This document shows positions 38,530 through 51,480 of a stretch of 64,000 nt of DNA, piece by piece; positions within the stretch are counted from its first letter, which is position 1, and each line of letters starts with the position of its first letter. The notes below the pieces were generated by a model. That model was not told where the DNA came from and did not search any database. It saw only the letters and a program-made list of their open reading frames with translations. Both the position numbers and the translations under genes were made by a program. The stretch spans positions 41,602,001 to 41,666,000 of the forward strand of contig NC_043002.1 of the NCBI RefSeq assembly GCF_006345805.1. The letters are read 5' to 3'. Source of the DNA: Octopus sinensis (lineage: Eukaryota).

Positions 38530-38830
38530 AAAAACTTTAACGATGAGTGTTCCACTTGGTCCAGTCACTGGAACAGCCTGTTCATGAAATTAAGATGCAA
38601 GTGGCTGAGTACTCCATAAACACACACACGCTTAATATAGTTCTTAAAGAGATTCAGTGTGACAGACTGACCAGGCCAGCCCTTTGAATTACATGTAGAA
38701 TATTCACTTTTGCTATCTGAGTGGATTGGAGCAACATGAAATTGTCTTATTCAAGGATACAATGAGCCGCCAAGAATCAAACTCATTTCCTTACAATTGT
38801 GAGGCAAATACCCTAACCATTAAGCCACGT
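38530..38830 (-). mobile_element. tRNA-derived SINE, CORE-like family variant
   Basis: Reverse strand shows GGCACGTGGCTTAATGGTTAGGG head, TCCTTGAATAAGACAATTTCATGTTGCTCCAATCCACTCAG body and GGCTGTTCCAGTGACTGGACC tail. Confidence 0.6.
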
Positions 38831-39103
38831 GCCATGTCTGTCTTTGTTTGTGTTTATCCCCAACACTGCTTGACAACTGGTGTTGGTTTGTTTATATTCT
38901 TGTAACTTAATGTTTTGGCTAATAGAGGCTAACAGAATAAGTACCAGGCTCCAAAAAATAAAAAGGTTAGGGGTGGGGACATGGATGTGTGGTCTTAGGT
39001 GCAGGCATGAGGGTATTGTTATGAAGCTTGCTTTGCAACCATGTGGTTTCAGACACCTTGGGCATGTGAATAAATTTGTTTGACCAAAATTGTGTGGAAG
39101 TCC

Positions 39104-39194
<91 letters not shown>

Positions 39195-39195
<1 letters not shown>

Positions 39196-39365
39196 TTATA
39201 TGTGTAGTGAGAATTTACAAAAAGACAATGATGGGTGTGTAAACAACAAACAGATGTATTAGTTTAACGGTCGGGAAGTGAGAAAGTCTTTTACATTTCG
39301 AGCCTATGCTCTTCGACAGAAAGGAACACAGAAAGAAACAGGAGAGAAAATAAAAATATACATAC
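39195..39365 (-). mobile_element. Short (TA)n-flanked Penelope-type element carrying a hammerhead motif (same family as 58670-58810)
   Basis: Shares CTAATACATCTGTTTG and AAGAGCRTAGGCTCGAAA with the 58670-58810 copy. Confidence 0.7.
39288..39323 (-). ncRNA. Variant minimal hammerhead motif (core CUGUCGA)
   Basis: CTTT-CTGTCGA-A-GAGC-atag-GCTC-GAAA-TG-TA-AAAG. Confidence 0.5.
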
Positions 39366-39366
39366 C

Positions 39367-39405
<39 letters not shown>

Positions 39406-40511
39406 TAATGAAAATTGTTCATTCCTTGAAAAATATTGTTCAAGTTCAATAAAAATTTAATATGTACTCAATGCATGAAGTGTCATTGTTGGGCCCAAAG
39501 TCCAATGAAGAGGCCTTCGCAGGAGCTAACTTATTAGCCGCCCAATAGGGCATGTGTGTGTAAATGTGCACGTGTCTTTGTTTTTGCCCCCCACCCCATT
39601 TGACAATGTGTGTTGGTCCATTTACATCCCTGCAAATTAGTGAAATTCATTGAAAGTGGTTGATAGAATTAGAACCAAATTCAAAATATAAGTATTTGTG
39701 TCAATTTGTTTGACTAAAACCTTCAAGGTGGCTCTCCAGTGACTGAAACAAGTAAAAGGTTACAAGGTAACCTCTACTTAACTCTTATTGGTCTTGTCTT
39801 ATCTACATAGCTAAATAGTTGTGCTGCAACTTACTTTTGTAAACTGTGATAGCACTGCATAGCTACTAAGTATTTTATTGATCTAAATTAGCAAGCTCAA
39901 TCAAGTTCCCCTACAACAGGTATTGCTTTCAGAGGAATAATCAACTATTGATAGTTGAATCTGATCAGAGAACAAAATAAATAAATAAATAAATGACTAA
40001 ATAAAAAGTGAAAAAAAAAAAAAAATAAATCAAGTAATTGACTCGTTTTATTAGATTTGTGTGTAATAAATATATAGATTGGCAGATTGATTTCCTGATT
40101 GACTTTGCTTCACTGGTAATTTAAGTAAAATCTCTTTGAATTATGGAAGCATGGAGGAAGGGGACCCTGAATTTATATTTCGCAATTGTAAATCAATTTT
40201 AAAAAAAAGAACAAATTTTTTTTTACCTTAATATCAAACAGCTGCTTAATTTAGTATTGTCTAAATTACGTGATTTGTGGAGTATTGTTAGCAGAGTTTG
40301 TCTGAAGCAGTAATTTTTGTGCTTCTTTAATTTATTTATATATATGTTTTTTGTTTTTTACATTAATTCCTGTTTGCATGTATTTTGGGTGGTAGGCTTA
40401 ATCTGTCTCTTGCTTTGACATCACCATCTAGGCACATAGATACCTTTAGTGGAGACTGCTCTGTAGGCAAGTATGCAGGCCAAGTCTCCAGTCTGAGAAT
40501 AAATATCACTT

Positions 40512-40850
40512 CTGCATGGCATAGTGGTTAGAGTGTTGGGCTTACAATCGTTAGGTTATGAGTTTGATTCCTGGACCAGGCTGTGTGTTGTGTTCTTGAG
40601 CAAGACACTTTATTTCATAGTGCTTCAGTTCACCCATCTGTAAAAATAAATTGCAACATCACTGGTGCCAAGCTGAATCAACCTTTACCTTAGCCTTGGA
40701 TATAACATTGGTAGTGTGGAGAGGGGAGGCTGATATGCATGAGTGACTGCTGGTCTTCCATAAACAACCTAGCCTGAACTTGTGCCTTGAAGGGGAAACT
40801 TTCTAGGAGCAATCCCATAGTCATATATGACCACAGGGGGTCTTCGCACC
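40512..40850 (+). mobile_element. CORE-like SINE with RTE-like tail
   Basis: GGCATAGTGGTTAGAG..GAGTTTGATTCC head, TGTTCTTGAGCAAGACACTT core. Confidence 0.65.
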
Positions 40851-41039
40851 TTCCCACCAGTCTCAGAACCCAGAAAAATATCATAGATCCTCCTCCTCTT
40901 GCCTCTCCTGCCATCCTTCTCCTTCTTCCTCCTCTTTTTCCTAGGCATCAGTACCTGTAAAAAAAAGAAAAAAAAAGATCAGGATCAGTGTATTCTTAAC
41001 TTTTCTGGTATCAATCCTCCTGTAACCACCTTGGTTCTG

Positions 41040-41702
41040 TGTTCAAATTTTTGCATAAAGCCAGTGATTTTGGAGGAGGGATTAAGTTGAGCCCAGTACT
41101 CAATCTGGTGCTTGTTTTATCAACCCTGAAAGGATGAAAAGCTAAGACAACCTCAGTGGAATTTAAACTCAGAACATGAAATGCTGCTAAGCATTTTGTC
41201 CAGCATTCTAATGATTCTGTCTGTTCACTGCCTTAAACATCTTCTTAATAATCCTTTCTGCTATAGGCACAAGGCCTGAAATCTTTGATGAGGAGGTTGG
41301 ATTACATCAGCCACAGTGCTCAGCTGGTACTTATTTTATTGACCTCAAAGAATAAAAAGCAAAGTTGACTTCGGCAGAATTTGAACCCAGAATGTAAAGA
41401 GCCAGAAGAAATGCATGTTTTTCTGGTGTGCTAACAGATTCTGCTAACTTGTCGTCTTAATAGTAATAATAACAATAGTAGTAGTAGTAGTCCTTTCTAC
41501 TAAAGGCACAAGGTGTAAAATTTTAGGAGAGGGTGTTAGTTGATTACATCAACCCCAGTACTTGCCTGGTACTTATTTCATCAACCCCGAAAGGATGAAA
41601 GGCAAAGTTAACCCCAAATGAATTTGAACTCAGAACTCAGATGGATGAAATATCATGAAGCATTTTGTCCAGCATTCTAATGATTCTCCCAGCTCACTGT
41701 CT

Positions 41703-41737
<35 letters not shown>
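41040..41737 (-). mobile_element. Array of three head-to-tail family B SINEs with AAT/AGT linkers
   Basis: Units at about 41040-41235, 41252-41458 and 41490-41700. Confidence 0.85.
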
Positions 41738-41738
<1 letters not shown>

Positions 41739-43456
41739 TTGATGATGGTGATTTATAACTCAGTTAGAAGTGAATGCTATTTTAACAGGTGTGTATAACA
41801 CTGTTAAAGACACCTGTTAAATACTTATTTGTTAGCGATGTGATCAATGTTCGTTTATCTGTAATGTTAGCCATGCATACATGAATCCTCTTCATGCTGC
41901 ACAACTGGAGATAAGATTAACGCTATTGCTTGTGAGAAATCCCAAACACAGTGGGTGCTTTCACTCATTGAATCGGAACTAATGCATGATTTCATTTGTG
42001 ATTTCCTGCAGAACCTGCTTGTGCTGCTATCCCATAATCAAAAAGCACAAATTCTATTCCTTTATTTCAGTCTTGAATATTAAATGAAGCGATAGCTGTT
42101 ATTTGAATTAGGTTAAAGTGAAGAAGATTGGGGATATTTTATTTTATTTTATTCCCCACCCCCTGCTTTTTTTTTCTTTCCTTTTTTTTTGACTAATGTT
42201 GAAAACAACATATCTCCTAAGCAAATGTCATTTTCTTCCTCCTTCGAGTTGTTTCCCCACTACTGCCACCTACCAATAACTCTGTCATTCCTTCTCTCTT
42301 ATTTGACGATGATTTAAATATAAAGCACATATGGCACACCTAAGGAACAGTGAATTTCAACACTATTGATTTCCTTTGCTCTGAATTATTGCTGTTATTT
42401 TGAGAGAAACATCTATTTCTACCTCACTTGAAATTAACTTAACCTGTCAATATTAGATAATAGTAGTTTCGACTCGAGTCTGTAGGATTTATTCAAATAT
42501 TTTTCCCCAAGAGGAATCGACAGAATCAGCAGAACTACTTGCTGGCTCAGATGCTATTTCAAAGCTTTGTTTATGCAGTTATTTTATTTCTTGAGTTCAA
42601 ATTCAGCCAGGGTCAAGTTTAGTTTTCATTTCTTCAGAGTTGTTAAAAGAAATATTTATTCTATGTCAGAGTAAATTCCTCGATGTAGGAAAATTGGTCT
42701 TGTACTTAGAGAAGAGAGGGAAAAAAAAAATCAATATTTCCTCTTAGGTAAATCAATAACATGTTTGTCAGTGTTTTTTTCCTTTCTTTTCCAGTTGCTG
42801 GTTTACATTCTTTTGCTGTTTTTTGTTCTTGCTTGCATGAGTGGCGTGATGGTTTTTGTCAGAGCAATTCTTTTTACAGATGGATGCCCTTCCTACTGCT
42901 AATAATTACTCAATAATAGAGAGAGGAAACCTGTTGATGTATCAGTAAGACAAGTAGCATGCCATTTTGACAGGAACAACAAAATGGCAACAGTACCATT
43001 AGCAAAAGTAGTAGTAAGCTTTGAACTTGGATATGTGTAGTCAGTAGTCTGGCTTCACTCTTATTCTGCCCCTTAAGTGTCATCTTTGTCTTCATTTTAC
43101 TTCAACTTTTCATGCTAGCATGGGTTAGATTAGTTTGCCATAGTTGGAGTCAGCTAATATTCCAGGGATAGTGTTCATTTAGGTGAGTTGGAGGGCCACA
43201 TCCCACGCATGTTTCACTTTTGGTTCAGTTTCAATGATCAGATGTTCATCCTAACACCAACCACTTTACAAAGTGTACTGGGTACTTCTTTCCATGGCAC
43301 CAGCTCTAGAGAGGTGCCATGTCCTGGACAAGACTAAAGGATCCCTACAACTTTACACTCTATGTGTAGTGGGTGTTTTTTTTTTTTTGTGGTAAGCAGT
43401 TCATGAAATATTTGTGATGATAAATGAAGCTTAACAATATACTAAATCTTTTATAT

Positions 43457-43835
43457 TCTTTTACTTGCTTCAGTCATTTGACTGTGGCTATGCTGAGGCA
43501 CTGCCTTGAACGGTTTTAGTCAAACAAATCAACCCTAGGACTTATTTTTTTAAGCCTTGTACTTATTCTATCAGTCTATTATGCCAAACCACTAAGCTAT
43601 GGGGATGTAAACACACCACCACTGGTTGTCAAATGGTGGTGGTAGAGGACAAACACAGAGACACACACACATATATGCGATGGGCTTCTTTCAGTTTCTG
43701 TCTATCAAATCCACTCGCAAGGCTTTGGTTGGCCCAAGGCTATAGTAGAAGACACTTGTGCAAGATGCCACGCAGTAGGACTGAACTTGGAACCATGTTG
43801 GGAAGCAAGCTTCTTACCACACAGCCATGCCTGCA
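43457..43835 (-). mobile_element. SINE family A, full length
   Basis: Family A match. Confidence 0.85.
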
Positions 43836-44001
43836 ACTATGGTCATTGCAAACTTAATACAGGCTGTTTACCCTGCAGCTATTTTAATAAAATTCTAAGC
43901 CATGATTTGGAGAACTCAAATAGCCTCTATATGATTGCTTGGCCTTCACATCTTACTCAACTCATTCAAGCCATTTAACTCTCCCTATGTATATATTTAG
44001 T

Positions 44002-44303
44002 GGAGCCACATGGCCTAGTGGTTAGAGCAGCGGACTCGCAGTCGAGGGATCGCGGGTTCAAATCTCAGACCGGGCGATGTGTGTGTTTATGAGCAAAACA
44101 CCTAAGTTCCACACGGCTCCGGCAGAAGGTAATGGTGAACTTCTGCTAACTCTTTCACCACGACTTTCTCTCACTCTTTCCTTCTGCATCTTGCAGCTCA
44201 CCTGCGATGGACTGGCGTCCCGTCCAGGTGGGGAACCTATATGCCAAGAAAACCGGGAAACTGGCCCTTATGAGCCAGGCATGGCTTGAGAAGGAACAAA
44301 CAA
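44002..44303 (+). mobile_element. Young tRNA-derived SINE with CORE-like and V-like segments (family D)
   Basis: A box TGGCCTAGTGG (44011-44021), B box GGTTCAAATC (44055-44064), TTATGAGCAAAACACCTAAG and CCTGCGATGGACTGGCGTCCCGTCCAGG. Older relatives at about 25285-25475, 46112-46375 and 62860-63135. Confidence 0.8.
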
Positions 44304-45132
44304 TGTATGTATTTAGAAACACACACACACACATGCACACACATTCATTTTTAGGCAGCAAATTGGAACAGTTGTTATCATAATCATGATCATGATCATC
44401 ATCATTTAACGTCTACTTTTCATGGTGGCATGGACAGGACAGTTTGACAGACAACTGGCAAGTTGCAGGGCTGTGTTGAGCTCCAATATCACCGTTGCCA
44501 TAGTGAAAAGAATGCACATGGCATTTGTTCTGGTGCTCAGCATTCTGAGTTTAAATCTTATCAAGGTTAGCTTTGCTTTTCTCAAGTCAATAAAATTCTT
44601 GTTAGGGATTGATGGATTTGTAAGAACATCAGATGATGAGACACCTTTTAGTGTCTGTTCCACATTTTTGCATTCTGAATTAAAAATTCAATTGGATTGA
44701 ATTTCTTGTTCTTATAGTTATTGTTATTAAGCTTTCAGGTCAGCCTTCATACCCCCCAAAAAAACCTATGATGAAAAATATTCCAAGATCTGACCATCAC
44801 CCCTGACATAGTGTACCCAGAATTATGTTATCCAATGGATGTGTCCTTTATTTTTTTTATTTTGTAAAACTGTATAATGTTAGATGAGGGTGATTTAGCT
44901 GCTGTTTCTAGCAGATTGAGCTACTGCATGACAGCTTCTTTTCTCTGTATTGAACATAAATCTAACTACTTAAATGGATAGGATAAAATGAGAGAAAAAA
45001 AAAAAAGAAAATTTGTTTTCAAGATTGGATTTTATAAAATTTGGATGGATACCATTTTTTGTGAAAGATGTATAAGCTGATACTGACACACACACACACA
45101 CACACCACACACACTCTCTCTCTCTCTCTGTA

Positions 45133-45362
<230 letters not shown>

Positions 45363-45501
45363 GATGTGTGTGTGAAATAACTGTCAAGATATATTTATAT
45401 CTTTTCTGTCATTAATAATCGAGCAGGACTTGATAGCAAGAGGGGGAGTTTTTGTATTTATAATTTTAAGTGAATTTGATAAAGGTAACTATTAGAAGCT
45501 T

Positions 45502-45539
<38 letters not shown>

Positions 45540-46385
45540 TGAGTGAGTGTGTGCGCGTGCGCGTGTGTGAGTATTGACATCCTGCAGTTACGCTTGAGCA
45601 AGATTAAGAACCATGTTTACATGGTTATTGGACATTGTAACTGGTTGTTCTTGGCTCTTAAAGACCTGTGGGTTGGAACCTGGAAAAACAGACATTAAAC
45701 ATATACAAATAACATGTTATTATATATTTTCATTGGTATGTGATTTTTACCTAAATTCACAGAACCATCCATAGATGTGTGTGTGTGTGTGTGTGTGTGT
45801 GGCACAGGGTTGAAAAGAGGATAAAAATTATGAATCACTGTCAAGAGGTTGAAATTACTAAAACAATAATTTTATATCAAAAGTAAATCACTAATAATCG
45901 ATATAACTTAATAATTATTTTTGCCTTGTCTAAACTTAATCATCAATGTATGTTTGGCTTTTCTCTATTAAAGAGAAAACGAACATATATGCATAAGTAT
46001 GTACACATTTTTCTGTGTTTGTGTGTACATAAAAGCTCAAGTAATCATAAATCAAGAGGAGTCAATATTCGTTTTAAGAGCACTATATATATATAATGAG
46101 AGTTAGAGTGAATGAAGGCATATGGTATAAAATGGTTAGTGTTGCACTCGTGGTTGCAAGATTGTGGTTTCAATTCCCAGACCAGTGGCATGGTGTGTTC
46201 TTGAGCAAAGCACTTCATTTCATGTTGCCCCAGTCCGCTAAGCTGTAAATAGGTAACCTTGCAATGGACTGGTGATCCATTCCAGGAGAAGTGTTGGCCT
46301 GTCAGCCCAGCTGCTGGGATGGTATATTTGGAAGCTACAACAAAGCAAGAGAGTACATTATGACCAGCGGTGAAAATATATATGT

Positions 46386-46905
46386 ATCATCATCATCGTT
46401 TAACGTCCGCTTTCCATGCTAGCATGGGTTGGACGAATGACTGAGGGCTGGCGAACCAGATGGCTGCACCAGGCTTCAATCTTGATCTGGTAGAGTTTCT
46501 ACAGCTGGATGCCCTTCCTAACACCAACCACTCTGAGAGTGTAGTGGGTGCTTTTACGTGCCACTGGCACGGGGCCAGTAAGGCGGTACTGGCAACGACC
46601 TCGCTCAAATCTTTTACACAGGCCACCGACACAGATGCCAGTAAGGCGATGCTGGTAATGATCACACTCGAATGGTGTCTTTTACATGCCACCGGCACGG
46701 AGGCCAGATAGCCACTCTGGCAACGATCACGCTTGGATGGTGCTCTTAATACCCTACTAGCACGGGGCTCGAGTGCCAGTAAGGTGACGCTGGTAATGAT
46801 CATGCTCGAATGGCGCCTTTTAGGTGCCACTGGCACGGAAGCCGGTTAGCCGCTCTTTGCACCCTGCTAGCATGGATGCCAGTCATCGAATTTGATTTTG
46901 ATTTT
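46386..46905 (-). mobile_element. Young RTE 3' UTR with about five 60-66-bp repeat units
   Basis: CATCATCGTTTAACGTCCGCTTTCCATGCTAGCATGGGTTGGACG tail. Source of ORFs 46393..46836 and 46460..46711. Confidence 0.85.
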
Positions 46906-47136
46906 TGATGTATGTATATATATATATGTATGTATAGATGTGTGTGATATCGTGGCTTGGTTGTTAGGCTAAGGTCTTGAGTTCAGTCCATGGACCAGGC
47001 AGTACATGTGTTTTTGGACAGGGCACATGTTATCCTGTTGGTCCTTTGTATTTAGCTGAAAATGCATACCAGCCTAGTGCTGGTGCAGCTTTCTGTTCCT
47101 CTAGCCCTCTAGTGACATGTCCAGTAAGTTCAACAT

Positions 47137-47283
47137 CATCAATTCACCGCAGGGAAAGTTCACTGTCATCAATAAAATAGTTTTTAACTCTTAATGGTGA
47201 AATACTACGGATATATTTTCTCGGTAAACTTGCCTTGTGGTGACCTTTCCTCACGATGAACTTTCTTCAAGGTGAATTGATGT
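47137..47283. mobile_element. Fold-back MITE remnant with about 16-bp GGTGAACTTTCC-type subrepeats
   Basis: CATCAATTCACCGCAGGGAAAGTTCA versus TGAACTTTCTTCAAGGTGAATTGATG. Confidence 0.45.
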
Positions 47284-47998
47284 ACTTGTAGTGTGTTTGT
47301 TCCTCTGTTATACTTTATCCCTTTAAGACCTAACATAAAGCTTCTGCCCCCTCTCAAACATAACTCCCCACACACACACACACACTTTGTTGTGTTCTTT
47401 TTTTCCTGTTCTTCTATCCTGCAAGTTACCTGGCAATTTCACTAGTGCCCATGGCATGGAAAAGCAGCCAGTAGACACTGTATAGTGGTTGGTGTCAGGA
47501 AGAGCATCCAGCTGTAGAAACCATGCCAAAGCTGCTGGTGCTCAGTGCAGCCCTGCAGTTTGCTGGATCCTGTCATCCTGTCGAACCATCCAACCCCTAC
47601 CAGCATGGGAAACTAACTTTAAGCTATGATGATGATGATGGTGATGATGATGTGTGTTTATGTGTATAAACACACCTGTGTACAAATATTTATACACAAT
47701 TATATGTATGTATGTGTATATATATATAATATATATATATATATATAAATAAGGATACTGATATCTCCATAATACTCAAAGGAAACTAAGATATCTACCA
47801 GTATAGGCATCATGTATACATACATATACATACTCTCTCTCTCCCTCTCACACTCACATGTATATATGTGTATGTGTGTGTGTGTGTGTGTGTGTCCAAC
47901 CCATGCAAGCATAGAAAAAAGGATGTTAACAACAACAACGACGATGATGATGATGGTGTGTGTGTGTGTGAGTGTATGCATACATATATATGTATATA

Positions 47999-48046
<48 letters not shown>

Positions 48047-49589
48047 CTATATATTGTAAGGCCCACGAGGTCAAATTTTAAATTATATATTTCTTGCTCC
48101 TTTGTAGCATTTGTGTAACTATAGCAACAATATTTCAAACATGAAAGTAAAAACAAGTTTTTAAGTTTAAGCTTTTGTGCAACTGGGGAATTATTTGTGT
48201 TCTTTTTTTTTTTTTTTTCCTCCCCTTCATTTTTTGGTATCTTGCTAGTAGCAATATTGTTCTGAAAGAAACAAAATGATCAATGGAGACCTGTATAATG
48301 ATTACAGGAATTCTTTCAATAGCACCAACTTTTGCTATAATTAAATTTACTGGTCCTGGAAGCGAGGATAAGAAATATGATGTACAGTATAGACTACTCC
48401 ATCATCCATGTACATAAAATTCTCCCACTTTATTTTTTATTTTATTTTGTTCACTTGCTATTATTATTAATGTTAATATCATTATTATTGTTGTTTTATT
48501 ATTATTATTGTTGTTAGTCTTCTTACTGCTGCTGCTGCTACTACTACTACTACTACTACTTTTTTGTTGGTTCCATGAACTGAAATTTCAGCATTATCTT
48601 TAGGCTGTCTGTTCTGGACCCCGTCACTTATGGCTTATCATGTTAGCTATGAGTTCATGAGATTACTTTTGCAGACTGCTTTTCAATGTTTCCTATAGAC
48701 AGATATGATAATAGTGATGCTTATGATGATAACGTGGTTGTATATGTACATGTGTGTATGTGTCTGTGTATGGGGATATATCAATATGTTTGAGACTCTT
48801 GCTTATTTATTATTACAGTTACCTTACTGAATGCTTTTAAGTTAATAGTTAGTCATCATCATGATCACCATCTTTTTTTTTTTTTTTTCTTTAATATCAT
48901 TTTTCATATTGCTGGCATATCTTAAATACATTTATTTCGATGTTTTTATAACATCTTTAATAGATGTTTTTCTGTAATTCATACTTCAGTTACCCATCTC
49001 GTGACTTGTCTCTCTTTTGTGGGCTGATTTCCAAAGAAAATCTGCAAAGAAAGAAGAAAAAAAAAAAAAAAAAAATGAAAGAAATTAAATTAATTAATTT
49101 TGGGATGAAGATTCATTGAAATTTTAACAAAAAAAAGAGAACAAAATCAAGAAATTGTTTGAATTTCTTTTTTTAATAATCCTCTCACTATGTATCTTCT
49201 AACAAATTTTAAAGAAATACAGAAGTTATTTCTTCCAAAGTGGCTATCTATTTTGTGTAAAAGTTCTAGAAGTTTTCCTGTTTTATCCAAGTCCAAACCT
49301 AATGTAAACAACCAAATATATGCAGTTGTTTCTCAGATATGTTGTACGCTATCGTGAAATTTCTAAGCTGTCTTGTACTTGTTCATGAATTGTTTTCAGG
49401 TTATTTATTTTTTTTATTTTTTTATTTTAAGGAAAAAGAATTTGTGTTTAAATTCAAAATTACATCTTCTGAACTAGACGGATCAAGTAATTGAAATTCT
49501 TTCGATAATAATTTCAGTTCCAATTTTTCCATTTGTTATTCCATTGTTTTCCAGAGTTTCTAATACCAACCTGTTTAGAATATGTATTT

Positions 49590-50345
49590 GTATTAACTGG
49601 GTGCTTTTTATATGCCACTGGCATGGGGGCCAGTCAGGTGGCACTGGCATTGGCCACACTCAAATGGTGCTTTTTATGTATCGCTGGCACAGGAGCCAGT
49701 CAGACAGCACTGGCATTGACCACACTTGACAGGTGCTTTTTATGTGCCATCAGCACAGGAGCCAGTCAGGTGGCACTGGCAATGACCATGCTTGAATGAT
49801 GCTTTTTACATGCCACCAGCACAGGACCAGTCAGGCAGCACTGGCATCGACCATGCTCGTATTGGTGCTTTTTACATACCACTAGCACAGGAGCCAGTCC
49901 TGTTGGACTGGCATTGACCACGCTCGGGTGCCAGTCAGGTGGTACTGGCATCAGCCATGGCAATGATTTCACTTGTCTCAACAGGTCTTCTCAAACACAG
50001 CATATTACCCATTGATTGAAGGGTACTTTTAAATAGGTTGGTTATGTGACAATGGCATAGGCCACGACTATGATCTCACTTGGATTGCCGGGTCTTCTCA
50101 AGCACAGCATATCTCTAAAGGTCTCAGTTGCTTATCATTGCTTCCCTGAGATCCAATATTCGAAGGCCGTGCTTCACTACCTCATCCCAGGTCTTCCTTG
50201 GTCTACCTCTTCCACAGGTTCCCTCCACTCTTAGGGTGTGATATTTTTTCACACAGCTGTCCTCATCCATATGTAACACATGACCATACGTGCACAGTTA
50301 TCTCTCTTGCACACCACATCTGTTACTTTTTATGTCCAACTTTTG
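49590..50345 (-). mobile_element. 5'-truncated RTE-clade LINE: ORF2 C-terminus plus 3' UTR with 66-bp tandem array
   Basis: Minus translation RCGVQER*LCTYGHVLHMDEDSCVKKYHTLRVEGTCGRGRPRKTWDEVVKHGLRILDLREAM..RYAVLEKTRQSK*. Confidence 0.9.
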
Positions 50346-50899
50346 ACTCCTATTTCTAGCAAAACTGGTACTATCTAGTACCCTTATTCATACACACATA
50401 CATATATGTATGCGGTAAAATTAATAGAAAGAGTACAGCAAACTTTCTGTGAGAAGTGGAAAATCCAGTAAGTGTCATTTTTCAGAGAAAAATTGAAAGG
50501 AGAGAGAGATAGATTTAGAGGTTGTACAACCTCTAAATTAAAAAAAAAAAAAAAAATGGCTGCAACTGATAAGGAATGCAAAGTTACATGAATGTCAAAT
50601 GTGAACAAAAAGTGGCAAGAGAAACAGTGTGAGAAAGAAGAAAGAAAGAGTACTGGAATGAGGAGGAGCAGGAAAAGATGAAAGTGAGGTGAAGGGAAAA
50701 GATGAAGTGAGAGGGGAGTTGAAAGATAAGAAAAGGCAGTGTAGGAGCAGAAGGGGAAGCATTCAATTAAACTAGTCAGAGACATGAGGCCATGTTTGAT
50801 TATGAAATGCTATCTGTCTTTGTGAGAACATGGATCAATGGAAACTCAGGAATCTTCCAGTAAGAAGCTCCACAACGTCCATCCGCACATAACCAAGCA

Positions 50900-51245
50900 C
50901 TTTTGAATGTGTACATATATGATGCAACACCAGTCTTTGTGTTAACAGTACTACTACCATCACTGGGCCCAGGACAATATCATAGTATTCAGAACTTCTG
51001 TTGCATATCATCTGACTATATAACTATAACTCTTCTCACTCATCCTTCCTACCTCGCCATCCACGTCGGCCGGGGGCCTAGCGCCTCCGGCCGTTGGCTT
51101 CGACAGTTGCGCTCTGTTCCGCTGCCGATGCCTATTTCTCCTCGCACCTATTTCTCCTAACTATATCATATGCAAATTTGTGGCACCCTTTACATTGGAG
51201 AAACAGGCCGACTCCTTGCTAATTGCTTTCAGGTGCATATTTGAA
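50900..51245 (+). mobile_element. Penelope-like element GIY-YIG endonuclease relic, split by a GC-rich insertion
   Basis: TITGP..HSIQNFCCISSD (50930-51017) and ICGTLYIGETGRLLANCFQVHI (51176-51240). Confidence 0.75.
51022..51159. mobile_element. 138-bp CpG-rich insertion with an 11-bp hairpin and 16-bp-period repeat; class uncertain
   Basis: Flanked by ACTATAT on both sides (51015-51021, 51160-51166). Hairpin at 51067-51093. CCTATTTCTCCT occurs twice. Confidence 0.5.
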
Positions 51246-51284
51246 GCATACCACTACATATGACAGGCCTGCAGCAAAAACTGA

Positions 51285-51480
51285 TAGGTAGAGCTGGCAG
51301 AAATGTTAGCACCTGGACGAAATGCTTAGCTGTATTTCGTCTGCTGTTACGTTCTTTGCCTTTCATCCTCTCAGGGTCGATAAATTAAGTACCAGTTTGG
51401 CACTGGGGTCGATGTAATCGACTTAATCCCTTTGTTTGTCCCCTCTATGTTTAGCCCCTTGTGGGCAATAAAGAAATAAA
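51285..51480 (+). mobile_element. Family B SINE (tail type 1) with internal deletion removing the B box
   Basis: GTTACGTTCT|TTGCCTTTC junction. Confidence 0.85.

Noticed and set aside
44002-44075. tRNA gene
   Set aside because: A and B boxes are present, but there is no closing acceptor stem and the sequence runs into a SINE body.
49601-49955. CRISPR-like array
   Set aside because: The whole unit is repeated with no unique spacers, there are no cas genes, and it is attached to an RTE LINE in eukaryotic DNA.
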